Of a stretch of DNA of 64,000 nt, positions 1-13,456 are shown piece by piece. A program made the translations under genes and the position numbers. How positions within the stretch are numbered: the first letter of the stretch is position 1; each line of letters begins with the position of its first letter. The notes under the pieces were generated by a model. That model was not told where the DNA came from. It saw nothing but the letters and a program-made list of their open reading frames with translations, and ran no database searches. The stretch comes from Bugula neritina (taxonomy: Eukaryota; Animalia; Bryozoa): assembly GCA_964035545.1 (NCBI GenBank), contig OZ037768.1, positions 9,890,741-9,954,740 of the forward strand, in the 5' to 3' direction.

Positions 1-266
1 TTATATAAATCAAGTTTGCTATGCTCACACAGTTTTAAGTTGTTAGACGTCTTTCTAAGTTACCTGATGAATATATTTACTATAAAAGTGTAAACATATT
101 AAACATTGAGCCACCATTTTATTTTAACTAGATTTGCATTACTATAACTCGTTAGTACCGAGTACATAGTCGTCAAGCATGTATAGCATATAAATGGTAT
201 ATTATAAGCATACGTGATAGGTTAACATCTACTGTACGACTTTTTTTTATCAATTTAGTATCACAG

Positions 267-3200
267 GAAAGCAGAAGCCAGTCCGAGGACGAAGATTACG
301 ACACAGATTTCGAGTCGGATGGTAAGATGTGTACAGAGCATGTTTCTGTATTGTAAAGTGATATTTTGTGCCTAATGTGTGTTTTGTGTAATGGCTTTGT
401 CAATGAGCTCAGATATCAGAGAATAAAATAGCAATTATTTAGTGCATGACTTCAACAGGTTAACTTGCAAATATTTGTTAATATCAATGACATCTATATA
501 GTTTAGAACATGTCAAAACTCTGTGTAACATAATCAATAAATCATGGGGCAGAATTTTAAATACTTTAAAGTAATTTTCCTGACAAACAATTGTGATTTC
601 TTGTTGTTGTAAAAGTCAATAACTATAACAATCATCACAAATTTTACTTTTATTAATGACTTGCAATTCGAAATGAAATTTTTAATAAACAACTGCCACA
701 GTATTTTAGCCTAAATAGATTCTTATACAGGCTTTTCTTTCCCCAATAATGCTAAATAAAGATCAATATATCTTAAGTTACACTGATTCAAGACAGTTGT
801 ATCTGTGGTAGATTATTTCTATCCTATATTTGTGAAAATATATTGATTAAGCCATTCTATCAAACTTCTCAAATGTATGGAAGATTGTAGCTTACAATAA
901 TGTCTTTTATAGTAATCTTTAATAGCATTTGAACAGTCAATTTAGTTTGAGATTGATGACTTCTATTAAGATACATGCAGATGGTTAATGAATAGATTTA
1001 CGTAACAAAATTAACTGTTCCATCCTACATAAAACAATTTCTCATGAAGTTCTATTTATAGATTCAGTAAAAGCGACATTTGACAACACTGGTGTGGATA
1101 CATATCTCAAAACATGTAAAAAGTTACGACAACTTCCAGTGAGGCACGTTTGTGAGAGTCTCGTGAATAATAAAGCAATTGAAGTTAGGAACCGAGGGCT
1201 AAATGCTCTTAGCGTACTCAGCATCATCAATGCCCTATTAGTAAGTCTGAATGCTAAGCGATCTTCATTATTATGAAGTAGTTAGTCTCTAAGTGGAAAT
1301 TCTCCTTCAAATTTCCAGTACCCTTATATTTCTAAGCATTGGTCTTCTTAATTTGACTGGGAAAGCATAAAGTCATTATATATTGGATAAAAATATAATT
1401 TATTACTTAATTTTTTAAATATGTCCTAAAAATATTTAAATTATATACAGTGTACACACTTCTGCTGACTGCGTTGTTATTGATAGGTAAATGTAAACAT
1501 AACAACGCTTTGTCTGGATGGAAATGCTTTGACATCAAAAACTTTAAAGTACATCTCATGGATGCTAACAGAAAACATCTCAATAACCACGTTGGTGAGA
1601 AATGCATGGTTATATTGTGTTCACTTAAACATTGCAACATAATATCAATGTTACAACAATACATGCTATTGTATATATTACTGTAATATGAGTGTATATC
1701 ATTCATTGCAACATATACATATATTATAACATGTGCATATATTATAACATGTGAATATATTGTAACATGTGCATATATGTATTATTGCAACATATTCATA
1801 TATTATTACATGTGCATATATTGTAACATCTGCGTATATTATAACATGTGAATACTATATTGTAACATGTGCATAATATATTACTCCTAATAAAACTGAA
1901 TAGTATATTACTGTATTGATATTGGTACCATCATACAAGTCTGGTAACATATCCCAACTACTGCTGAGACCATTAGTTACACGTATAAGTATTCTTTACA
2001 TCATAACAACATCAATCTAATGACAATTTATAATTATGGCAAGACCAAAGCAGTTAACTTGGCACCATTTATATCCAGGGTTTATATTTACCCTGATGCC
2101 TTACATGCTGTATATATCTATAGTTATATGGATATTGTATTATTCCAGAGTTTGAATGAAAATAACTTTACTAGTGATGGAATAGAAGAACTTTGTAATA
2201 CCATCAGAAAAAGCACCACTCTTGTTAAACTTAGTCTGTCAGGTATACAAGTATAGTCAAATTATCATAAACAAATACCAATATATATTGGCATATGAGA
2301 TGTTATATGTTCATATACATAAAGTAGTAAGTAACTATTGATTATTGGGCAACTTCACTAAAGTATGTACTCAAGATTGAAACAATGTTAAATAGGAATA
2401 CGCAGTGTAATAAACTTTGCTCAATAAATCACTAATGAAATACGCTGAATTGTTGAAATTTGTCAACTATTTGAATGAAATTGTTGAGCTCAAAATAAAG
2501 TTTTTTGGCAGAAAATTTATGCAAATATTTTTCTTTGACTCATGCAGTATTATGATATCATTGACCGCTGAATAAAAGTTATTTTTCACTACCTAAGCCT
2601 ATATATTTACTTTTTCAGTTGCAGATAGCTGATAAAGCTGATTTTTTAAAATACAAAAATAGAATTTTTGAATCAGGTTTTTGAAAACGTATCTTGTAAT
2701 TATGATCACAAATATTAAATAAAACTTTCACTATCTCAAAGCAAGTATCAGCAATACTGGTTTTAAAGCCATCTATAAATATCTATTGCAGGTAATGGGT
2801 TACAAGATGAAAATATAGTGCACGTTGCCAATATGTTAATTGTAAGTACAAATAAAACAAAGATTCCTTTCAAAACATAGTTTCCGTGTTTTTGCTAGGC
2901 TTTCTATTACATTGGTAATTGTTGGGTTATAAATTCATTACAGAGAGGTTTCAAATTGAGAAAGCAAGGATTTTATTTCAACATTTTGCTACACCGCTTC
3001 TAGAAACTTTTGAGTTTTGCAGATCTTATTCAAGACTCGCACAACTATCTGGCTGCATGTGTTAAGATTATACCGTAGAAGTTTAAATTTATTTTTAATG
3101 CAGAGTTGATAGCATGATTACTCAGTTCTTTAAATCTGCAATAGTGATTTGTATTGGCAATAACTGTTTTAATAACATATTATAGAAATAAAGAATGGAG

Positions 3201-5958
3201 CATGCAGTATGCAGACAAATAATTATGTCTAACGTATATTGTATGATTTCTGCAGCACAACAGTATGTTGCAAGATCTAAACATCAGCTATAACAGTATA
3301 ACGGATGAAGGAGCTGTGTACATCGCAGAAGCTCTGGCTGTAAATGACTACTTGAGAATACTGGATATTAGCTGGAATAAAATTCGACCTGCTGGAACGG
3401 CTCAGATTGCTAAGGCTGTTCAGGTCTGGCCCCCAAACTTCTTTTATGTTTAAGTGGAATTGTGAGCTAAGCATATTTATTCACTGTTTGTATTATTTTG
3501 AATACATTTACATTGTTATAGTTGGTCATATATGTGTTTGCTGGCAATACTGGGCAAGCACTAAATTTACTACTGTTTAACTTTTATTCCATTTTGCAAA
3601 CTTAAATTTAGGACATTGCATTTTGCTTTCATAATAATTTATCAAATAATATTAGGAGTTTTCTCATTTTGTTCTTAATCTACCAGCATTCTAAAAGTTT
3701 TATCTTTGTCACTTGCATACTTTACTTTCTTTCTCTTGTCTGCTGTTTCTCAATTACTTTACTAATGCAAATAACTGAAAAACAGGTTCTTTTACAGGAA
3801 AATGTGATGCTGAAGAATTTAAATATTTCAATGAATGGAATATCTGACCAGGGTTGTCTTTCCCTTTCTCATATGTTACAAAAGAACTACTCCCTCACAC
3901 ACCTCAACATCAGCAACTCTCGAATAACAGACAAAGATGCCGTCATGCTCGTCTCAGCGCTGCAGAAAAATGAATCCCTCCGAAGTCTAAATGTAAGCCG
4001 GCTTATATAATCTCTCACAGTAACTTTTATAAACATCACATTATGTATCATTTTTGAGATTAACAAGTCATTTAGAAGGAATGTTAATACTGATTAATAT
4101 AGCGTGTCTTCAACCGTAGGCCAAAATTTTATTTAAAAGTTTGTGCGATGCCTATTACTATCTGTATATGTGCATCGGTAGGGCTTCAGGAGAGGATAAT
4201 TCTTTAACATATACCCGTTCATATTAATATATTATATATTACATATTATATATTATTATTATATTATATAATATTATTATATATTATATTAATATTAATA
4301 TTTCTGCAAATGAGTTACTTTGTAGCAGTGTTTATAATTACATGCTATGAAATATAATTTAATGCAAATTGTAGCCTTCACTGGTGATGATAGTTATTAT
4401 TATATGCGTACTGCAAGATGGAACGCCTAGCTCAGTAAATTTCACACACATTTGTGGTTCCAACGTTTTGTTTTATATGTTGTAGATAAGCCACAATACT
4501 CTAAATACACCTACAGTAGTTGGCTTACTGCAAGCAGTGAAGCTGAATGAGAGCAAGAGTCTGTTGATGTTAGACATGTCGGTAAGTAGATAAAGAGTTG
4601 TCTTATCATGGCCATGTTTGCTACTTGCAGGTTGTATACTATCCCTGCCAGATACACATGTGTTTGCTAGAATCAACTCTAAACTGCTTTTACAATTACT
4701 TTCTTTTTTTTTGCAAGAAATATTATGTATTTATCTGATGATTGGGCTCATTTTTAAAGTCTCAGTTACAAATTATTAGTATATTGTTTGTTTTTACATT
4801 TGTTTTTAGGGAATCCATATTTTCCGAACTGTTCTGTTCTTTGCACAGCAAATTAAACAATCTCGATCTCTATTCAGATTTCTACACGGTGACATTGTTA
4901 CCTGTTCGGGGAATTTAGGTAACTCAAACTACTTACATACTACATGAACATGTTTTGTAAAGTGGTAATTATTCATTACCGATGATCTGTGTTCTTTCTA
5001 TGTACAGAATTATGTATCGCATTATAGCACATTAGTATGAGGCTGTGACTTTTAGCAGCTATAGCTATAACATATACAATATATAACAGGCCAAAATACT
5101 AGTCTGTGGGCAATATTTTACTTCAATCAAATTGCTCAAAACGTAATGCTCTTGAATTATATATTTCACAAGAAACTTGATATGTGCAGAAGTTTCTGTT
5201 GCTTAATGAAAGCACTTATAACAATTTATAAGATCAATGAATTTTTCCTTCTCCTAGATTTTTTTGTTTCAAATTAATATTGTAGATTATTTTTAGAGAG
5301 CAGCCATGGTCTAGGGGTAGAGCGTTTGCCTAGTAAACACGAAGGTCATGGGTTCGAGCCCAGACAAAGGCCATTGGTGATGTTGGGAAGAGCATCCAGT
5401 CATAATTGCTCCTGCGCCTCATTTAAACAAGTCCTTAGCCCGATTTAACAAAAACCCTTTCTATCAAGGGTTTCTCACAGGGATAGTGACTATAAACTTG
5501 CGTGAGTTTTATTGTAGATTATTTTTGTTTTAGCTGATGAGGAAATGCAGTTAATCTCGAATTGTGACCCCAGAAGCCATCTTACATGGTACATGACAGA
5601 AAAAAATTTAAGTGTAAAGAAGTTGGTAGAAAATAATGCCGGGAGTAACCATTTACTATCACTTTGCCAATTGAAGCAGTTTCTTAAGGTATATAATTTA
5701 TTTAATTATTTATTTGTAAACTAACATTAGTTTATCTTATTGATTTTTTTAGCTATTGTATTTACAAATGTAATTTTGAAGATAGCAAAAGAAATGGTTG
5801 CTAGCATTTGTAAAAAAAATTCCATATCTTGAATTTTGTAGAAGATTGGCCTAGTATACTCCGACGTGCAACTAAGACAACTCTTTACCTCTCCAACTGG
5901 AGAATTACAGGATCATTTCAATCTGCAGTCTCTTTCCATACCAAGTGTATCGAGTTAA
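267..5958 (+). CDS. Leucine-rich repeat protein, LRRC74A/B-like (multi-exon; start codon probably upstream of the window)
   Basis: In-frame GT-AG exons at about 267-321 (SEDEDYDTDFES), 1062-1240, 1487-1594, 2149-2242, 2792-2841, 3256-3423, 3798-3992, 4486-4581, 4810-4918, 5534-5688 and 5842-5958 (TAA). They encode RI-type LRRs (LQDLNISYNSITDEGA, LKNLNISMNGISDQG, LTHLNISNSRITDKDA). An acidic DYDTD motif followed by YLKTCKKL..P and LRRs matches the LRRC74 family as I recall it. Confidence 0.75.
1705..1880. repeat. Intronic minisatellite, ~18-bp unit (ATATATTATAACATGTGC)
   Basis: About 9 degenerate tandem copies are visible. Confidence 0.85.
5295..5509 (+). mobile_element. tRNA-derived SINE with 17-bp target-site duplication
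   Basis: A box TGGTCTAGGGG and B box GGTTCGAGCCC, then a body containing GGGAAGAGCATCCAGTCATAATTGCTCC. Flanked by the direct repeat TATTGTAGATTATTTTT (5278-5294 and 5510-5526). A related copy lies at ~12175-12335. Confidence 0.85.
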
Positions 5959-7627
5959 AACTCAACACCAGACATTATGTATTTGTTGTGTAAGCTGCGG
6001 AGAGCAAAGTACACTTTAAGCAAATTTTGTCATTATTTAAGCTAAAAACTTGGAATCTAGCTTTGACGGATCTAATGACAATTATTATAATGTTATAACT
6101 CACTCTTTTTGAGTATTGTGTATTAATTTCTGCTAATATAAAAAAGATAATTTGATTATCAATCTAACTGGTGATAATTAAACATATTATATACTCAGCA
6201 GTATTGCATTGCATACTGTGTGAATTTTATTTTTGATATATATTATATTATATTAAACCAAAAAATCTGTCCATTAGTTTGTTTCAGTCTATGTAGACCT
6301 TAATATATAGCTAACTCCCATTTTGTAAAATTATACAGTACAACATTATACAAAACTTGTAACAAAACAAAACTAACTTTCATTATTGCCATTGCATAGT
6401 AGCATGTAAAATGCAAAAAAATCTCAACAGCAGAATGAACTGCAAATATGACATCATTTCTATTTGCCTTTCATTAAAACATATGCATACATCCTTTAGA
6501 TTTTGTGAAGGTACTTATGTTTTGATTGATTTTTTAAGCCTGTAAACAATAAAAAGTGTATGTTGCTGTTATGTAAGTTTGAATATTTTTACAAAATAGC
6601 TGCATGGGAAGTTTAGTTGAAAAGATAAAGAAATGTCAAGTAAAATAATATAAATGTTTATAATGTAGTTAAAACAGTTCTCTTGAAGTTTATTCTAGAA
6701 TAATCAATAATAGTTATTGATTGTAAGAATAAGCTGTAAACATGATAGTGTGATAGGCAACTGCAATTTAAATAGGTGAATGCTTCATTATGAATATGAT
6801 TTTGAAAATTGTAGATACAATATATTGTACGAAATAGGCAAGTTATGCTGTTTCCAACTGGTTCCAGATAAAAAAGCTAACTTAACGAAAAAATTTTATT
6901 GATGAGTTGTTTAAAAAACTTTTGTCGATGATCTAACAAATACTAGAAGCTGGCAAAAAATTACTTATGTAGTGCATGTATATACCAATGCTATTGAAGT
7001 GATATGCAAGATAAAATTTAATTTTCATACTACTTTACATGCTATTATTGGTATACATAACTAATGCTTTTTAAGCTTTTTCAATAATAAAATGTACCCT
7101 GGTGAACTATTGTGTATATGTGTATGAGACCAGTAGTGCATGGTATTCCATTCAACCAACTTTCATGTTACTTACTTTGTATCAAGATAAATTAACTTCC
7201 TTATCTATTCAATGTGTTAATTCACATACTACCCTGTGTGATGCACATGTTAGTAGAAACTTCTTGTGTAGCAACTTTCATATAGATGTGAATAATTCTC
7301 CAAAAGTTGAAACTCAACCAACATAAGGTACAGTAATAAACTTTACCTCTTAATTTTTGTTTTATATTTAATTTTTAATTTTCCAATTAACTTCTTATCT
7401 TTTTTGTGTTTTGAATAAAATATTTAACTTAGAAAGTAGTGACATAAGTAACAATACTTAATATGAGTTAGGGTAGTGCATTATAAAAACATATTACGCT
7501 GCTTTGGATGTAGAAGCAAAGCTTTATGCATTCATATTTTGTAGTAATTTTTTGTTATCTAGAACTCGCAAACATGTTTCAATGAACTATAAGTATTTGA
7601 TGTATCCAGTATAATAATATTTAGATA

Positions 7628-10600
7628 ATGAGTGTTTCATATTCAGTCCTCAGTACTGATAGAAACTCAGATGCTGAAATAGAAGGATTACTAGAAGAGA
7701 GGAACCCAGCATTTGTTAAAATAGAGCCTTACATTTCTCCTAAGAAAAGAACTGTTCTTTTTGACATCAGGTTTGGAGTTTAAGCCTTATTCATTGGTTT
7801 AGCTTTGATGATTACTTTGGTTTAAACATTACATAAGTACAGCTTTTGAAAAGATCTCATACAACTCTTTTTCTCAAACAAACTTGCAAAAGAATGAATC
7901 ATGTTTTCAATTACTTGAGACTAAAACAATAAATAAATTAGCCCTGTTCAGGTCTATGTTACACCTTTATACTTGCATGGTCAAATTACGATCATCACTA
8001 ATCTACATGCTGCAAGTTGTGTGCCCCTACACTGGAGTATTAAGATGATCATATATATGCAAAAGAATAAGCTTTGTTTCATAATTTTTTGTCAATAAAT
8101 AGAGTCGGTATGAAAAAATACTTATAATATATTATACATAATAGATATGCTTGGTGTTATTTGTATATTAATGTTGATTTATTTGCAGCATTTTGGCTGG
8201 GGTACTCGTAGTGTTCATCATTACTATTGGAGTTGTGATATACTATAATATGCACCAACAGCTTAACTCTCTCAAAGCCTCTACAGAACAAAGCCACTCG
8301 GAGTGGATGAAGAGCTACAAACGAGTAGGTTGGTAGGAAAAATCCATCCCATCAAAATAAACTACATAGCACCCAGCATCACAACCAAACTTTACCAATC
8401 ATATATATACAGAATATTATCTTACAATTCTACTTTTATTATGTATTTTAAAACTTTTAATATCTTAATTTGTGTTCTTGTTTAGATACAGGCTTTTGGT
8501 TATAAGAAGGTGCTAGCAAAGTAGTTTTCCTGCAGTTCTTTATTCTAGGATCAGAATCAATGATGGCTCTACTTGATGTTAATGAAGATGGAGCTCAGGA
8601 TTTAATTTTTGGCTTAGCACAGATGTCTGGAGACGTGACTATCATTACACAATCTCAGTATTGCCAGCAGTACAAAGATGGGTGCTTAGGTGAGGTCTTT
8701 TTTCTTTAACCACTCACTTGACTAATAGCTGTTTCTATTGGGTTAAAATGGACAAGTTTGTAGTATATTTGCATTCATATTAAAACTCATTTTTATAAAT
8801 TATTTCTCTCTCAGGTTGAACATACTTTTCATAATGGTAGTGTATTTGTGTTCATATCAATATTCCTTTTTATTAAAAGTTATAGTTATTGCGGCTAGTT
8901 TATACTTTCTCATATGAGTTGTCTGCTCTTTAAATCAAGGAGCGATAGTTGCTCTTAATGGAAGAACTGGTGAACTAATATGGAACATATCAACATACAA
9001 TGAGGTGTACGTGATAAACTGTGGTAACATTGACATAAATAAAGACACCCGGATGGACTGCATTGCTGCTGGGAGGCGCGGGGCCTTTGCTGCATTTGAT
9101 CCATACAGTGGAAAACTTTTATGGGAGCCTCAAACAGGCCACGAGTCATATATAGAGTATGAATGGAACATCTACAATTCTTTGGGTGAGCATTTGTTTA
9201 AGGTTCTCGTAAAGCTATTTGTAAATGTAAACTGGTATAAAAATTTAAAAGTCCAAGTTTATTATAAAAAAGCACACCTGTACTAGAAGCACTTCTAATA
9301 ATATTATTTTAGCATATTTAAATAAATTTTTATGTCATATTCAGAGTAAATACATGAAAAAATTTTGTTTAAGCAATTTGCAACTTAGTGCTGTAAAATT
9401 TTGTCTGCTAAAAAAAATGTTTTTTTTTGCAAAAAGTTTAAGAGCATGCATAAAAACATTATTTGTCTTTTTATTTATTTTAAATTATTGTGGTATTGTT
9501 TTAGTCGTTGATGACGTAAACAAAGACAATATTAAAGAAGTAATTTTATCTCATGGAGGAGATCCAGAGTATCCACCAGAAAATACCACAAGACGTGCAG
9601 GGAGGTTGATTCTACTCAATGGTGCAGATGGCAGTATAATTGGCAGATATATTCAGATGCCAGATGGCCATGAAACATACAACTCTCCTGTACTACATAC
9701 AGATAAAAATGGAGAAAAATATGTTCTCGTTGGAACTGGTGGAGAAACAGTGGCTGGTAAAGTTAGAAAATTAGTATTTTCCTCAAACAAATTATTCAAT
9801 ATGTAATTTATACAATATCTATGCAGTAATGGTAATAGAACTTCCGACTCCAATTGCATTTTATGCTTGCTGATATTAAATGGGAAAAGAATTATTAAAT
9901 GTGAATCATTAACTTCGTAAAATATATATACAAAAAAATTGTCAGTCATAATTGAAGTTGATGCACCTTATATTAGAATAAAATGCTTTACAATATACAT
10001 TTTTGCTACACTATTTAGACTTGTTCAATTTTTATTGCATTTTAGTGCTAATCTACCACATATTGCATGCTGAATATAAGACCCCTAAGCATTGATACTT
10101 ATGTGCATTTGCCAGGAGCTTTGTTAGTTGTAAGATTCAAAGACTTGTGGCAAGAAATTACCTCTGAGAGTAAAACACCGAGAGTTGTGGAACCCATAGG
10201 AGATCTGGAAAAAGCTGATCCAAACAGTATCTTTTTTAAGCTTTATAAGTAAGTCACTAAATGTTGATATTGAAATCTACAACATCTAATATTTTCTGCA
10301 AGCACAATTATGATATTTTCTGCAAGCACAATTATGTTATCGTAAGTTTAGTGATGGCTCACCAGTAAAGAACATTTTTTGGTATCTCAATTAATCTCAG
10401 AACAAGTAAAAGTTTCTGAAAGCGTATTCTAAGCCTAAAAGTTAAAGTTCGCATGGTGAATTTTCTTTCTTGGAACTTTGACTGTCATATTTTGTACATC
10501 TGTCAATGTTTTTGAAGCCCATTTTATGAGTTTTAAACTTTCATTCATAACTTTCACATTTGGATAAAAATTGTATGACTGATATCATTGCATGTTCTAA

Positions 10601-13158
10601 TTTGTTTTTAAATGCGAGATAAGTTATAGCACTACATGTATCTATACATTTCTCATAGTCCTATAGTGCCTACTAAAGTTACATATTAGGTGCATTTCCA
10701 GCCCTGGGTTCGAACCCATGATGCAACTTTTAGCTAAAAGCCTTTTTGGCCCTACAGCCTGACTAAACTAAGTTATGCCATGTAAAGTCTTGTAGAAAAT
10801 AAAATAAAATGTTGTTTTATATTTTTGCAGTAGAAATAATGGCTAAATTCTAAAAGAAATAATATTTTTATTATTTTAACTCCGTCTCTTAATTTGCAGT
10901 TTAATCATTCCAACTCAAATAATTTGAAAGAGCATTCAGCTAAATACTTTTGGATTTTGAAATTATCTTAATTTACTCCCTTATTCTGTACCTGTGAATA
11001 ACTATGCACTGTGTTTTTCAGATCTGTAACCAAAGGAGTTATGGTTCCAGTGGTGCTGGCTGATATAAACCATGATGCATGTCTAGACATCATAATAAGC
11101 AGCTTTGATGGTGTCATCACAGCCTTTGAAGGAAACACATTTACTCAGCTGTGGCATTTTTATGATTCAAAAGCTGAGAGTTACACGTAGGTTTCCGTAT
11201 GTTATGTGTACAGAATCTCCTTTGCAAATCAATGTCTATTCAGCCATTGTAGTAGTGCTGTCATGACTTTTTATGTATAACACTACCTAAGATGCAATGT
11301 TTGTATTATTCTACTTATTAGTACACCAGGAGTTGGTTATTTTAATAAAGATCAAACATTAGATTTCATGATGCACTGGAACTATGGAGAGTGGCCTGAT
11401 TATAACAATTCAATGGTAAGTTGAAGATATGATTCTTTAGTGATTATATCTTGTAATCATATTAAAAACATGTCCAAGAGTTTCTATTTTAACTTTTAGT
11501 CTAGGCAATTGCTATCATTGCTAAAATCAACTAAAACTATAAGATATGATATGGAAGTGATTTTTAACTGCTATCATTATCATTTATTGTATATTTTACA
11601 AGTAATAACATATAACACGAAGGTGTAAGAGAAGATAACTATTGCAATGTGGATTTACAGGTAGCAGTGCATAGTGGTGTAGATGGGAAGGTGTTGTGGA
11701 GTTTCAACACCACCAGATTCAGCATGACCTCTGACCTTGTTATACAAACTAGTGAACCCTATGAGGATTGGTTTGTGTTCAGAGTTCAAGGTAGATCTGG
11801 AGTTCCATTCGATGACGGTATCGGTGTATTGCATGGCATTGATATTCAGCGAAATGTACGACTACATCTTATAGCCATCAGACAATCTACTGAGTTTTAT
11901 GCTTTTGACAATTTTGTGTAGTTTATTACTGAGAACAAGGCTTATTGTAATCTGCTTTTTTGTAATGATTTTAGTTGTTTGGAACAACTACAAAGCGACC
12001 CCTTATGAAGAGAGATGCCCTCTCCTGTGACATGGAACAACGACTCCTGGATAACTTAGCTTCAGAAGTGTTTCTGGTGAATTGGGAGACAAGAGATTAT
12101 CCAAGGCGGATCTTCAGACGAGATGTGGATAAATACTATTACAGTTCGTATTTCTCTCTCTCACTAACTAATGAAAGTTTACAGTCACTATTCCTGGCGG
12201 AAAGAGCTTTTTTAAAGTGGTCTAAGGACTTATTCATATTTGGCGCTGGAGCAATTATGACTGGATGCCTGTGTTTGGACTCAAACCATTGACCTGGTGT
12301 TTATACTAGGCCAGCATTTTAGCCACTACTACATTTCTTTCTCAGCCAGTAGTAAAACTGTTATTTTTAATGAAACAATTTCTAAATATTTATCTTGAAC
12401 AACATGTGCACTGGAGGCACACATGTCATTCACTGACATAGATAAAAATTTATAATAAAATTAGCATTTGTCAGTATAATATACTTGTTGGCCTCTATAT
12501 ATACATGTTTATAAACTGTAAGATTAGAGCATAGTAAGTATAGTATAGTGAGTATTTGAGTTCATTAACATATAAGTTACACAGTAAACTACACACAAGG
12601 TGTTTCAGTAAAAACTTTGTGTGTTTGTCAAAGGCAGCAAGTTGTAAAATGTTCGTTATTTGCTGTAAATTTAGGTTTCCTGTCTATTAGCTAAAATTAC
12701 CCCTCATTACAGTTTTGAAAACTTAAACATCATTCAATGTGTTTAATATTGTAGATGCATCACTAGAAATGAACAAAAGCAAACATAACAAATCTTTAAA
12801 ATCAAAGGCTTTAAAACACCAAATGTGCACCATCATGGAACAATCATCTCGGACTACTGGTGCGATTGGGGATGTGAACAATGATCAAAAATTAGACTTG
12901 GTGCTAACATTCAATGCCCAAGGACTCGTGAAGGATATGAACAAGAACTATATCGATACAGAAACCAGCCTGGATGTAATAATATTAGAAATGGAAAAGA
13001 ATTACGGAAATTATCCTCTCTTGGATATCAATGCAGGCACTATAAAACCGAGTTTGGAGAATACAAGTCCTATTAAATTTAAGCCTCTGTACCAGCAAGT
13101 ATGGACTGGGTACATGGGCCACAATACTCTTAGTTCACATACAGCAGATATAAATTAA
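7628..13158 (+). CDS. FAM234-like type II membrane protein with FG-GAP/beta-propeller repeats (multi-exon)
   Basis: ATG at 7628 and a short cytosolic N-terminus. A TM helix (ILAGVLVVFIITIGVVIYY) lies in the exon at ~8189-8327. Repeated DxNxDG motifs follow (LDVNEDGAQDLIFG, DINKDTRMDCIAAGR, DVNKDNIKEVI, ADINHDACLDII, GDVNNDQKLDLV), with ALNGRTGELIW propeller motifs. The last exon (12756-13158) ends in WTGYMG...TAA. Confidence 0.8.
10690..10780 (-). mobile_element. Degenerate tRNA-like/SINE head fragment
   Basis: The minus strand carries a B-box GGTTCGAACCC about 50 nt after a weak A-box-like stretch; no cloverleaf is evident. Confidence 0.35.
12175..12335 (-). mobile_element. Older copy of the SINE family seen at 5295
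   Basis: The reverse complement reads ...GGCATCCAGTCATAATTGCTCCAGCGCC...AAGTCCTTAGACC...GGAATAGTGACTGTAAAC, which matches the body and tail of the 5295 copy. Confidence 0.75.
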
Positions 13159-13456
13159 TCAATTCAAAATAGTGTGACCAATACTTTGTTTAGGAGCAGA
13201 AGCTAGAGCCGTTATTTATTTTATACTTTCATCACTTTGTATTCCGAGACTTGCTGAAATTAAGTATAATATAGTAAAGTTATTTTAGTAGGAGCAGCGG
13301 CATAAGAAGCAAATCCAATATTGGGAATTTCAAGGAAATTGTAAGAATATACAATTCCACTCTTTATCCTGAACTTCCACACTAGCAATTTAGCTTGTAA
13401 CCCGTAGTTTAGAAAGTCTTGTAGCAAGTAACAATCTGTCCACAATGGAGCATATC

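Noticed and set aside
5297-5370. Functional tRNA gene
   Set aside because: A and B boxes are present, but there is no convincing acceptor stem. It continues into a SINE body, has a TSD, and has a second diverged copy.
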